28,843 bases of DNA from Octopus sinensis. Lineage: Eukaryota. Below, piece by piece: positions 1-10,436 of the stretch. How positions within the stretch are numbered: the stretch's first letter is position 1; each line of letters starts with the position of its first letter. The DNA lies in the NCBI RefSeq assembly GCF_006345805.1, contig NW_021833206.1, positions 1 through 28,843 on the forward strand, written 5' to 3'. The notes beneath the pieces are model-generated. The model was not told the DNA's origin and made no database searches. It was given only the letters and a program-made list of their open reading frames with translations. Both the position numbers and the translations under genes were made by a program.

Positions 1-267
<267 letters not shown>

Positions 268-740
268 TATTTCTGCGAGCGGATAAAATAAACACAGTCT
301 AGATTCCCAGAATTTATACTGTAATATGTTGCCAGTGCGAGTGGAATTCCATCAGTGGTCACAAAAACACTTACACCGGCCTATATATTGTATGCACCCA
401 ATTAGAGCACTTTGCTAGCAGTTTTTTGTCGATTGTGATAAACACGAATGGTTCATCTCTAATACATGTACATAATCAGTATCTCGTGTGGAATTAAGTT
501 TCGGTAGATCTAGAGAGAAGATAAAATATCTTTATTAGTTAGGTCGAGGCCGAAGCCGTACACTGCTTGCAAGTTTACACATACATACGCACAAGCAATT
601 ATACATTCAGACACAGACGCTCACTCTCTCATTAAATATTAAACCATTAAAAAAGGAACTGAAAAGAAAAGGAAAATACAGACGCACATACATGCTTATA
701 TTGATCGACATATACATATAAACATGAATACATACATACT

Positions 741-774
741 TATGCATACATACATACATACATACATACATACA

Positions 775-802
<28 letters not shown>
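741..802 (-). repeat. (TACA)n tract; probable (ATGT)n 3' tail of the RTE LINE
   Basis: Abuts the RTE 3' terminus at ~803; the same arrangement occurs at 4111-4180. Confidence 0.85.
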
Positions 803-805
<3 letters not shown>

Positions 806-3679
806 GATGGCTGCCCCCTCGTTATCGAGTATGGTCATTGCACGAGGGTTAACTGTTAACGGTGCTGTGATCCAAAGTGACTTTTTAGCCCAGTTAAAAA
901 TCTACAATGTCTTGGACAGAATTAGCATCTAAAACCTTTACTGGCAATAACTGGCTGTAATTGTAATTGGGCTTCATGTACCTTTACATGAAGCTTAATT
1001 ATTAGGGCTTCATACCCTAATAATTATTATAAACATATTATAAACATAACATGATTAGTATGGTGTGTAGCACCACCACCAGCGGCTTGGTAGTCAATCA
1101 TGGGTTTCACTTTATGACTACGAAGATGACTAATGAGCCCAGCTTTACCGAGGGTGGGTCTTGCACAGACACTGCATGTCATCGTCATAGGAAGATCCTT
1201 ACTGTCTAGAAGTGCAACAGTGATGCCCTTCCTGACATTCCTCCTTACTTTCTCATGCGCAACTCGAGATTTCTCAGAAGTAGCTCTCCCCTCATGCACA
1301 ATCCTTCTCCACCTTCTACGGTCAATAGCTATACCCTCCTATGTGTCAAAAGAGATGCTAGCATCTTTCAAGGAAAGCCTTCAGCAAGTCTTTATACCTC
1401 TTTTTGGTTTATGTGGAGGTCGTTCTCCTTTAGCTAACTATCGATAAAAGAGTTGTTTTGGCATCCTTGAATCTTTCATCCTGACCATATGACCACTCCA
1501 TCTGAGCCTTTGCTTCAATACAAGATCTTCTAAACTTTCACACCGAGAGCCTTCCAATATCTCAAGATCACTGATGCGGTCCTCCCAAGTAATGCCATAG
1601 ACATCTGATGGAAACGTTCAAGCTGTTTAAGGTGGTCTCGATATGTGACCCAGGTCTTGCAGGCATAAAGAAGCGAAGAGAGCACACACGCCTTGTGAGC
1701 CTTTATCTTTGTCTTTCTGCATATGTCTCGCCGACTCCAGAGGCGCCTTTCCAGCTTTCCGAAAGCATCACTTGCTTTCCTAATTCTGTATGGAATTTCG
1801 CAATCCATATTGCTATATCTATTAACAGTGCTTCCCAGGTAGACAAACTGATCAACCACACCAAGTAGTTTACTATACACATAGATATTTGGTTCACTGT
1901 ACTGCTTACCAAGAGCAGGTTAGTACATAACAATAGTTTTCTTGAGATTGACTGTCAATCCTAAGGCAGTGCAAGCATCAGAGAATGCATTCAAAATGAG
2001 CTGCATGTCAATCTCTGTGTGCGCTACTAAATCACAATCATTTGCATACAAAAGGTCTCTTATGATACAGGTAAATACCTTTGTTTCTGCAGCAAAGCGC
2101 CTGATATTAAATATGCTGTCAGAGGTTCGATGTAAACAACATATCTGCAGTTTCTGAACGCAATACAGAAAACCACGCAAAATATATGGCAAATATATGT
2201 CGGTGCCAGAATAGCCCTGTTTCACTCCATTTTTTATTGAGACGGGCTCCGACATTTTACTTCTAACATTAACTATACCCTTCATGTCTTCATGAAAAGA
2301 CCTAACCAAAGCAAGGAACTTTTCAAGACAACCAAGTTTCTGGAGGACTTTCCACAGTGCATTTCTATTAACGGTATCGAAGGCTTTTCTCAGATAGACA
2401 AAAACCTGATATAAATCCAGACCCTATTCCACACACTTCTCCTGAATCTACATCGTGTTTCCGGAAGTACCCTGCATAAAACCTTTCCTACGACAGAAAG
2501 CAATGATATTCTCCTATAGTTACCACAATCATTCCTGCTGCCCTTTCCCTTACATAAAACCACGATTACTGTATCTCTCCAGTCCTCAGGTACAGATTCA
2601 CAAGCTCATATCCTGCCAAACAAGGAGTGAAGTTGCTGCAGATGTTTCTCACGACCATGCTGTAACAACTCCGCATGTATGCCATCCCTACCCGGAGACC
2701 TCCCATTATTCATCCTTAAGACAGCCACCGCAACTTCTTCCAGCATTGGTGGTTCCGTGAGAGCCACCTTCACAGGTAACTCAGGGATGAGACTGAGAAT
2801 ATCCTCACTAACTACAGACTGATGATTCAAAAGTTCATCAAAGTGGCCTCGTCACCTTCGCAGAATTCCTTGTGAATCCGAAGAGGTTCTTTACCATCCC
2901 TGCTTTGAAGTGGGATCATCAGAGAAGACGTCGGTCCATAAACTCCTTGCAAGAGACCATACAACAGCTTTGTCTTATTAGAATCCGATGCCACCTGTAT
3001 CTCATCAGCCTTCTTACTCCACCACGTATCCCTCATCTGAGGATGATTTCACATCCTTGAGTTCCCTATGCAACACATCTCTCTCCTGTGGCTTTGCTGA
3101 CAAATAGCATGACAAAGTACGTCTTTTATCAGCCAATAAATCATCTACATGTTCATAATTTTCTTTAAACCAATCTTGATGCTTTCTTTGCATCAATCCC
3201 AGAACTTTCCTGGCTTTTTAAGGGTCGGCCAATCCTCACCGATATCTGTAGCAGTCATTTCCTCTCGTAAAGTTCTCTTCACATTATTGCACTTAAGATA
3301 AGCAACATTCAGTCTTTTAGGCAGGGTAATACCTGTAGCCCGGATTTTACATTTTGTGATTAATTTCACATTTGCACGTACCAGGCGGTGGTCAGTTAAT
3401 TAATTAATTAATCAATCAACCAATGTTACTATCGTGCAATGCCTGTGCAAGAAGATTTTTTTAAAGTGAGGAAAGGCTGTGCACCGAGTTAATCCCACTC
3501 ACTAAGCAACAGCAGCCATAACCCGAAAAGAAGTACAAGTCAACATCAACAGTAACCACTGAGCCGCAGGTTTTATGTCAGAGTTATCCCAGTTACCTGA
3601 GTTACCTTCTCCTAGAAGGATGCCCTAACAAAAGCTAGGGATCCTTCACTCACAATGGTTTAACCGCGCGATCGGGTAT
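803..3679 (-). mobile_element. Degenerate RTE-clade LINE: 5' module, end of APE domain, RT, C-terminal C2H2 finger and 3' UTR
   Basis: Frameshifted minus-strand pieces in the expected order: TDHRLVRA (3396 downward, last APE motif); HQDWF; WWSKKADEIQ..YGP; GRSPGRDGIHAELL; GVKQG; YANDC (decayed YADD); GLTVNLKKT; [14 protein letters not shown]; CSVC..GLISHLRSH. These motifs are typical of RTE ORFs. Confidence 0.92.
1027..3396 (-). pseudogene. Disrupted RTE reverse-transcriptase ORF
   Basis: ORF-track pieces 3014-3196, 2827-3036, 2606-2830, 1920-2309, 1530-1880 and 1027-1299 fall in different frames but form one RTE polyprotein. Confidence 0.92.
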
Positions 3680-4110
3680 TCAGTCTGATTATTTCTGTCT
3701 CTGCGCAAGATACAGCCATAGGCAGGATAAAATAATTATTAAAAAAAAATACAATATATAAAAATATTGATATACAATATATACATAAAATATACGATAT
3801 GGAATACATAAGATTGACATTCAATATATACAATTTAAAAACACAATATACAATATGTATACGCACATGCTCAAATACAATGTATACAATACACACACAC
3901 ACTCTCAAACACACGTAGTTGAATGGCTGTTGACTACGTTGTAGTTCTTTCGCCCTTTGACGGGTCTTATTTTTTGTCCCGCGGGGTATTCAACAAGCAC
4001 CCACCTCAACAAGGAAGCCTGGTGGGGTTGCCAATTTAGTCGCCGACGACCCGACCATGCAACAGGTTGTACTGGACTGCATGGTACTAGAACCACTCAA
4101 GAGCGACCTG

Positions 4111-4487
4111 ACATACATACATACATACATACATACATAATACATACATACATACATACATACATACATACATACATACATGGTGGCTGCCCCCTCGTTA
4201 TCGAGTATGGCCATCGCACGAAGCTTAATCAATGTTGTTATCGTGCAATGCCTGTGCAAGAATATTTTTTTAAGTGAGGAAAGGCTGTGCACCGAGTCAA
4301 TCCCACTCACTAAGCAACAACAGCTATAATCCGAAAAGAAGAACAAGTCAACATCATCGGTAGCTACAGAGCCGCAGGTTTTGTGTCGGAGTTATCCCAG
4401 TTATCTGAGTTACCTTCTTCTAGAATGATGCCCTAACAAAGGCTAGGAGTCCTTCACTCCCAATGGTTTAACCACGCGATAGGGTAT
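4111..4487 (-). mobile_element. Short non-autonomous RTE derivative (5' module + 3' tip + (ATGT)n tail)
   Basis: 4230-4487 matches 3421-3679 (~90% by hand count). 4184-4221 matches 808-845 (36/38). Tail at 4111-4180. Confidence 0.85.
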
Positions 4488-4566
4488 ACATACATACATA
4501 CATACATACATACATACATACATACATACATACATACATACATACATACATACATACATACATACA
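4486..4566. repeat. (TACA)n microsatellite
   Basis: Read directly. Confidence 0.97.
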
Positions 4567-4588
4567 AGCATACATAAGAACCCATAGT

Positions 4589-4997
4589 ATGGTGGAAGGC
4601 GTTGCCACTCATAATAAATAGGAGTACTGGTGGAATGTCCCACTGAAATCCTCAATAAAATGTAAATACAATAGACCTGATATAATGATTTGGGATAGAG
4701 AAAAGAAACTGCGCACAGTTGTGGAAATTAGTTGTCCAGAAAATGTTATCGAAAAGCTGAAGATCAGTGAAAAAGAGAATACCTACCCTGAACTATTGAG
4801 AAATCTGCTGTTGCTCTATCCAGATTACAAGTTCAGGTTTATACCTGGGATATGTAACACACTGCCTAAATACCAGCCTTGAGAAATTGGCTTCTCAAAA
4901 CCACGAAAGAGAAAGCTGATTTGAAGACTACGGAGCAAATCCATCACTGGAACTGTAAAAATCTGTAAAACTTACCAGAAATTTAAGTATCATTTAA
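4589..4997 (+). mobile_element. 3' coding fragment of an RLE-bearing non-LTR retrotransposon (R4/Dong- or NeSL-like)
   Basis: Translates to EYWWNVPLKSSIKCKYNRPDIMIWDREKKLRTVVEISCP..KISEKENTY..LLYPDYKFRFIP and, after a frameshift, ..SITGTVKICKTYQKF. This fits a PD-(D/E)xK restriction-like endonuclease C-terminus. It contains an in-frame stop and frameshifts. Confidence 0.8.
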
Positions 4998-5149
4998 GTA
5001 TATATAATTATGTCTAGATATGCAAATATATGCATAAAATAATACATAAAACAAAACATACAAATCTTCAAGTATACATACATACATATATATGTATGTA
5101 TGTATCTCTTTCAACATGTGATCTCTTCAGCACCACCAGCAAAAAAAAT

Positions 5150-5325
5150 TTTTTGCTCTGTCTTCCCTTCTCGGGATCTTTTCTTCTCCTTTGTTTCCGA
5201 CGAAGAGCTCCGCTCGAAACGTTAAACCCTCCTTCCTTTCTTTCCTGAGCGTCAAATAATACTTTAATTGTTCCACGTCCTCGCGTTGCTATGTTTTTTT
5301 TCTGTGTTTTCTTGTTTGGATTAAC
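5150..5325 (+). mobile_element. Penelope-like element terminal-repeat fragment (putative)
   Basis: Contains CCGACGAAGAGCTCCGCTCGAAACGTT, matching the C(T)GANGAA..CGAAACG motif characteristic of PLE termini. Boundaries are approximate. Confidence 0.55.
5193..5227 (+). ncRNA. Minimal type I hammerhead ribozyme-like motif
   Basis: Stem I GTTT/AAAC; core CCGACGA (U4C) plus an extra A; stem II GAGC-TCC-GCTC; GAAA; palindromic stem III ACGT; predicted cleavage after GUU. Confidence 0.55.
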
Positions 5326-5327
5326 TT

Positions 5328-5652
5328 TACATACTTATATACATACATACATACATACATACATACATACATACATACATACATACATACATACATACAT
5401 ACATGCATACATGATACATACATACATACATACATACATACATTCATACATACATACATACATACATACATACATACATACATTACATACATACATACAT
5501 ACATACATACTACATACATACATACATGCATACATGCATACATACATACATACATACATACATACATGCATACATACATACATACATACATGCATACATA
5601 CATACATACATACATACATACATACATACATACATACATACATACATGCATA
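5328..5652. repeat. Long (TACA)n array with TGCA variants
   Basis: Read directly. Confidence 0.97.
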
Positions 5653-5962
5653 CCCTGTTGATGTTGTTGAAATTCCAATGAAGGAGCCTTGGATCTAGGT
5701 TAGAAACCGGCTCTTTCTCTAATGGCAAGGAATCTTGAAAACAAAACTGAATAATGACATACATATATGCATGCATGCATACATGCAAACATACATACAT
5801 ACATACACACGTACGTGCACACATAATACATACATGTACGATGGTCACACAGCAAAACTTGTAGTTTTTTTGCACAATATCAAGTTCCAGAATTTCTGTA
5901 TTTGTATCCTCAGGAGCTAATGGACAGAAAACGGATATTTTGGTAAAAGTATACAGCTGTAA

Positions 5963-6222
5963 GTGGAGGCGCGTGGCCTAGTGGTTAGGGTGTCAGCACC
6001 ATGATCGTAAGATTGTGGTTTCGATTCCTGGACCAGGTGACGCGTTGTGTTCTTGAGCAAAACACTTCATTTCACATTTGCTCCAGTCCACTCAGCTGGC
6101 AAAAATGAGTAACGCTGCGATGGAGTGGCGTCCCGTCCAGCTGGGGAACACATACGCCATAGAAACCGAGAAACCGGGCCCATGAGCCTAGCTAGGCTTT
6201 AAAAGGGCGCATTTATTTATTT
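5963..6222 (+). mobile_element. tRNA-derived SINE, group A, tail type a, with 13-bp TSD
   Basis: A-box-like TGGCCTAGTGG and B-box-like GTTTCGATTCC; CORE-like GTGTTCTTGAGCAAAACACTT..CAGCTGGCAAAAATGAGT; ATTT tail; TATACAGCTGTAA at 5950-5962 and 6223-6235. Confidence 0.9.
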
Positions 6223-6621
6223 TATACAGCTGTAACATATGGCCGTACTGCGAGCTGAAGAATGGTAGTTGCGTCTAAGGTCCCACCTCTTGGTTTTTGC
6301 ACGTCTTGTTCTAATTTTCTATGCTTTGAGTTCAAATCCTCCTGATGTCAACCTTGCCTTAACTGTACTTTCGAGGTCCATTTACCTACAAATATTATCA
6401 GTCATGCATCTACATTTTTCCTGCAAGTCCACTCTTTTTACAAGTTACTCATTTCCACTTATTTTTTCTTATTTTTTATTTTAAAAAGTTTTTTACATAT
6501 TAAATTTTTTTTTTTACCGGTGCGTGTGTTAAATTATAAGGTATCAAAATAGAATGACTCTCCCCAGACACAACAGAATATCTATTTATATATATACATA
6601 TGCATAAAAATACACACACAT

Positions 6622-6655
<34 letters not shown>

Positions 6656-6748
6656 CGCACGTAGAGAGACATGAGTACATACATATATACATTTATGCAA
6701 GCATGATTTAAAATTAGCAAGATTTAATACATACATACATACATACAT

Positions 6749-7093
6749 AAAGGGTAAAGACCCCCTTCGGTCATGAATGACCATGGGATTGCACCTAGAA
6801 AGTTACCCTCCTAGACACAAGTCCGGGCAAGGTTGTTTTTTATGGAAGACCAGCAGTCGCCCATGCATACCAGCCTCCCCTCTCCACGCCACCAGTGTTA
6901 TCCAAGGGAAAGGCAAAAGCTGATACTGCTTGGCACCAGTGACGTCGCAACCCATTTCTACAGCTGAGTGAACTGGAGCAATGTGAAATAAAGTGCTTTG
7001 CTCAAGAACACAACACGCAGCCCGGTCCGGGATTCGAGCTCACAACCTCACGATCGTAAGCTCGATGCTCTAACCACTGAGCCATGCGCCTTC
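6749..7093 (-). mobile_element. tRNA-derived SINE, group A, tail type d
   Basis: Minus-strand tRNA head (CTTACGA loop, tRNA-Arg-like), CORE-like segment and long tail; near-identical to 9285-9625; flanked by (TACA)n on both sides. Confidence 0.9.
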
Positions 7094-7193
7094 ACACATA
7101 CATACATACATACTTTGCTGTTCAAACTTACGATTCAAAGCGTGTCAATGGAAATAATCATCACATCTTTGTTTTAATATTCATCCATGAGAA

Positions 7194-7558
7194 GGCGGCG
7201 AGCTGGCAGAGTCGTCAGTACGCCAGGCGAAATGCTTAGCAGAATTTCGTTTGCCGTTACGTTCTGTGTTCAGATTCTGCCGAGGTCGACTTCACCGTTC
7301 ATCCTTTCGGGGTCGATTAAATAAGCACCAGTTACGCACTGCGGTCGATATAATCGACTTAATCCGTTTGTCTGTCCTTGTTTGTCCCCTCTGTGTTTAG
7401 CCCCTTGTGGGTAGTAAAGAAGTAGGTATTTCGTTTGTCATTACGTTCTGAGTTCAAAATCCGCCGAAGTTGACCTTGCTTTCGGGGTCGATAAATTAAG
7501 TATCTAATTGACTGGCCCCTTCCCAAAAAATTTCGGGCCTTGTTCTTTAGAGTAGAAA
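7194..7558 (+). mobile_element. SINE group B (GGCGGCGAGCTGGCAG head; Deu/Nin-like core), partially dimeric
   Basis: Core GCCGAGGTCGACTT(T)GCCTTTCATCCTTTCGGGGTCGATAAATTAAGTACCAG recurs across the window. The Deu/Nin resemblance is from memory. Confidence 0.85.
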
Positions 7559-7995
7559 CGAAATTTACATCATTACATTTTGTGTATTGTGTCCGTTCTT
7601 CCCTGCCCAATTTTTTTTTCAAGAATGTGGGACACTAAAGTATGATTTGAAGATTTGCTTTTATTTCAAGCAGATCCGGTGACAACTTTGAGCTTTCCTT
7701 GCTTGTGAAACACGGAAATATTAATTTATAGACATCCGGTTTCGAAACCCAGTTTCTGACCATCTCAAGTTACACTTTATGCCTCCTGTCACCAAGATCG
7801 ATAAATATCTAGTTAACTGTAAATCTAAGTGGATAAAGTAACGGCTTTAGTTATTGTTCATCTCCCTTGAAAACTGTTAGGATCTGTGTGCAAATAGAAT
7901 ATATTTATTTTTTACTGTATAAGCTTCAATAATCCTAGCTATTGTTCTAGTAATAATGATTTCGTTGTATCCCATGAGGCTTATTATGCCAATAA

Positions 7996-8140
7996 TGGCT
8001 TCAAATTTAGGTACAAGGCCAGCAATTTCAGGTGAAGGGTAAGCCAATTGCATCAACCCTAGTGTCCAACTGGTACTTATTTTACCGGCCCAAAAGGATA
8101 AAAGGCAAAGTTGACCTAGGAGGAATATGAACTCAGACCG
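7996..8140 (-). mobile_element. SINE group B, degenerate fragment
   Basis: Reverse complement of the group B core (AACTGGTACTTATTTT..AAGGCAAAGTTGACCT). Confidence 0.75.
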
Positions 8141-8387
8141 TAAGTTTGATTAATCGTTTGGTCAACCAATCAACCAAGTTTATCGAAGTCCTTTCGTCGC
8201 CATCCACAACCTCAGCAATGACTTCATCATAGACAGATCTGAAGCAGACCTGGAGTACAGAAGGCATGTTATTGATGACGTTACTGACAAATCTAGCTGA
8301 ATTATTGATTGATTGACTGGGCTCTTCAAACAGATTCGATTGGTTAATTGGTTAAATGGTTTAGAATTTGACAACTTATAATTGACC

Positions 8388-8586
8388 CAAATTTTACCAA
8401 AAGGCCAGCAGTTTTAGAAGAGGGATTAAGTCGATTAAATCGACCCAGGTAATCTACTGGTACGTATTTTGACGATCTCGAAAGGATGGAAGGTAACGTC
8501 GAACTCGGCGAGATTTGAACTTGGGACGTAAAGAGCTGGAGAAAATACCGCCAAAAATTTTATCCGATTCTGCCAGCTTGCTGCCC
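8388..8586 (-). mobile_element. SINE group B, degenerate copy
   Basis: Reverse complement of the core and head (..TTCTGCCAGCTTGCTGCC). Confidence 0.75.
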
Positions 8587-8955
8587 TAAATTGGCCGATA
8601 ATAATAAAAGAAGTGAAATAGAACCAGTGCGTATTTTCTATTGGCATAACATCCTTCCCAAGATATCATAAAATCTGTTTCGACACACGAGTTGACATCA
8701 GGAATCTTGCAAACCAAATAAATACAAAAACGATATAATGATAAGTCACAATTCCGACACCGTAATTAGAAACTGTTAAACTAACGTAAATCTGTTGTCG
8801 CTAATGTTTAAAACTTGTAAACCGATTTGATAACGTTGTTTCTAATGTCTAAGATTATAATAATAGCTTGGCGAAATACCAGCATTATGGTACATTGAGG
8901 AAATACATATACTGAAGAATACGTACAAAAGGGATATATGTATATTCTTTAATTT

Positions 8956-9253
8956 TTTTACTTGTTTCAGTCATTTGACTGCGACCAAGCTGGAGCACCA
9001 CCTTTAGTCGAGCAAATCGACCTAAGGACTTATTCTTTGTAAACCTAGTACCTATTCTATCGGTCTCTATGCCAAACCGCTAAGTTGTCAAGCGATGTTG
9101 AGGAGGACAAATACAGATACACAAACACATATATATACGACGGGCTTCTTTCAGTTTCCGTCTACCAAATCCACTCACAAGGCTTTGGTCGGCCCACGGC
9201 TATAGCAAAAGACACTTGCCCAAGGTGCAACGCAGGGGATTAAACCCCCTGCG

Positions 9254-9256
<3 letters not shown>
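8956..9256 (-). mobile_element. tRNA-derived SINE group C (internal microsatellite), head partly deleted
   Basis: CATTTGACTGCG(G)CCA..GCTGGAGCACC..GACGGGCTTCTTTCAGTTTCCGTCTACCAAATCCACTCACAAGGCTT, shared with 17977-18432 and 24216-24642. Confidence 0.85.
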
Positions 9257-9284
<28 letters not shown>

Positions 9285-9288
<4 letters not shown>

Positions 9289-9625
9289 GGTAAAGACCCC
9301 CTTCGGTCATGAATGACCATGGATTGCACCTAGAAAGTTACCCTCCTAGACACAAGTCTGGGCAAGGTTGTTTTTATGGAAGGCCAGCAGTCGCCCATGC
9401 ATACCAGCCTCCCCTCTCCACGCCACCAGTGTTATCCAAGGAAAGACAAAGGTCGATACAGCTTGGCACCAGTAACGTCGCAACTCATTTCTACAGCTGA
9501 GTGAACTGGAGCAACGTGAAATAAAGTGTCTTGCTCGAGAACACAACACGCAGCCCGGTCCGGGATTCGAGCTCACAACCTCACGATCGTAAGCTCGACG
9601 CTCTAACCACTGAGCCATGCGCTTC
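9285..9625 (-). mobile_element. tRNA-derived SINE, group A, tail type d
   Basis: Near-identical to 6749-7093; flanked by (TA)n and (CA)n/(TA)n. Confidence 0.9.
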
Positions 9626-9626
9626 A

Positions 9627-9631
9627 CACAC

Positions 9632-9729
<98 letters not shown>

Positions 9730-9745
9730 ATATATATACATATAT

Positions 9746-9790
<45 letters not shown>
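9627..9790. repeat. (CA)n-(TA)n microsatellite
   Basis: Read directly. Confidence 0.97.
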
Positions 9791-9791
<1 letters not shown>

Positions 9792-9996
9792 GAGGGGGTG
9801 CTAAAATGTTCCTGGCTGTGGGTAAAAGGAAATACAGGGGTGGGGCAATCAATTATGATTTTATTCAACATATTCTCCTCTCAGGTCACACTCTAACTGC
9901 AGCGGCCCTTCGGTTTTTCAAAGAACTCCGAAGGCTGGGAGTCCAATTAGAGCTTTTGTGATAAACTAAAGTTGGGAACTTTTCAGCATGCCCTCG
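9791..9996. mobile_element. Mariner-type MITE (206 bp)
   Basis: TA on both sides (9789-90, 9997-98). Left end TGAGGGGGTGCTAAAATGTTCC vs reverse complement of the right end CGAGGGCATGCTGAAAAGTTCC (17/22); no ORF. Confidence 0.8.
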
Positions 9997-10436
9997 TATG
10001 TATGTGTGTGTGTGGGGGGGGGGGTATTCAAGGTGTTGTAGGGCATTTGTTTATTTTTATTGTAGTGAAACACATTAGTGCTCAATACAACTTTGTACTG
10101 AAAATATTTAGAGTCTGATATATTTCAACATCATTAAGATAACCATTCCTAGGCACACACACGTACAAACATAGATACATGCAAATATGCCTAGATAAAC
10201 ATATATTTAACATATATATGTATATGTGTGTGTGTGTGTGAGCGCGCGCTTGTGTGTGTGTGTGTGTAAGTGTGTGAAATAGAAAATTTCTGTTTGTAAG
10301 TCTTTCAACGAAAGACATTCAGTAACAGTATTCTAGAGTAAAGATTATTTGCCAATATAACGTGGCAGTCCTAGTTTCGGACGAATGTTACTGCTATACG
10401 ACACACTATCTGTGTCCGCTTAAGTATATATATATA

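Noticed and set aside
3421-3700. HDV-like ribozyme at the RTE 5' end (known in some RTE elements)
   Set aside because: I could not assign P1/P2/P3/L3/J4-2 by eye; only a simple hairpin is visible. A descriptor search would be needed.
5105-5128. Minus-strand CTGAAGA..GAAA hammerhead-like spacing
   Set aside because: Stem II is weak and non-canonical, and no stem I or III partners are present.
5965-6040. tRNA genes at the SINE heads
   Set aside because: A/B boxes are present but acceptor stems are not intact, and each head continues into a SINE body.
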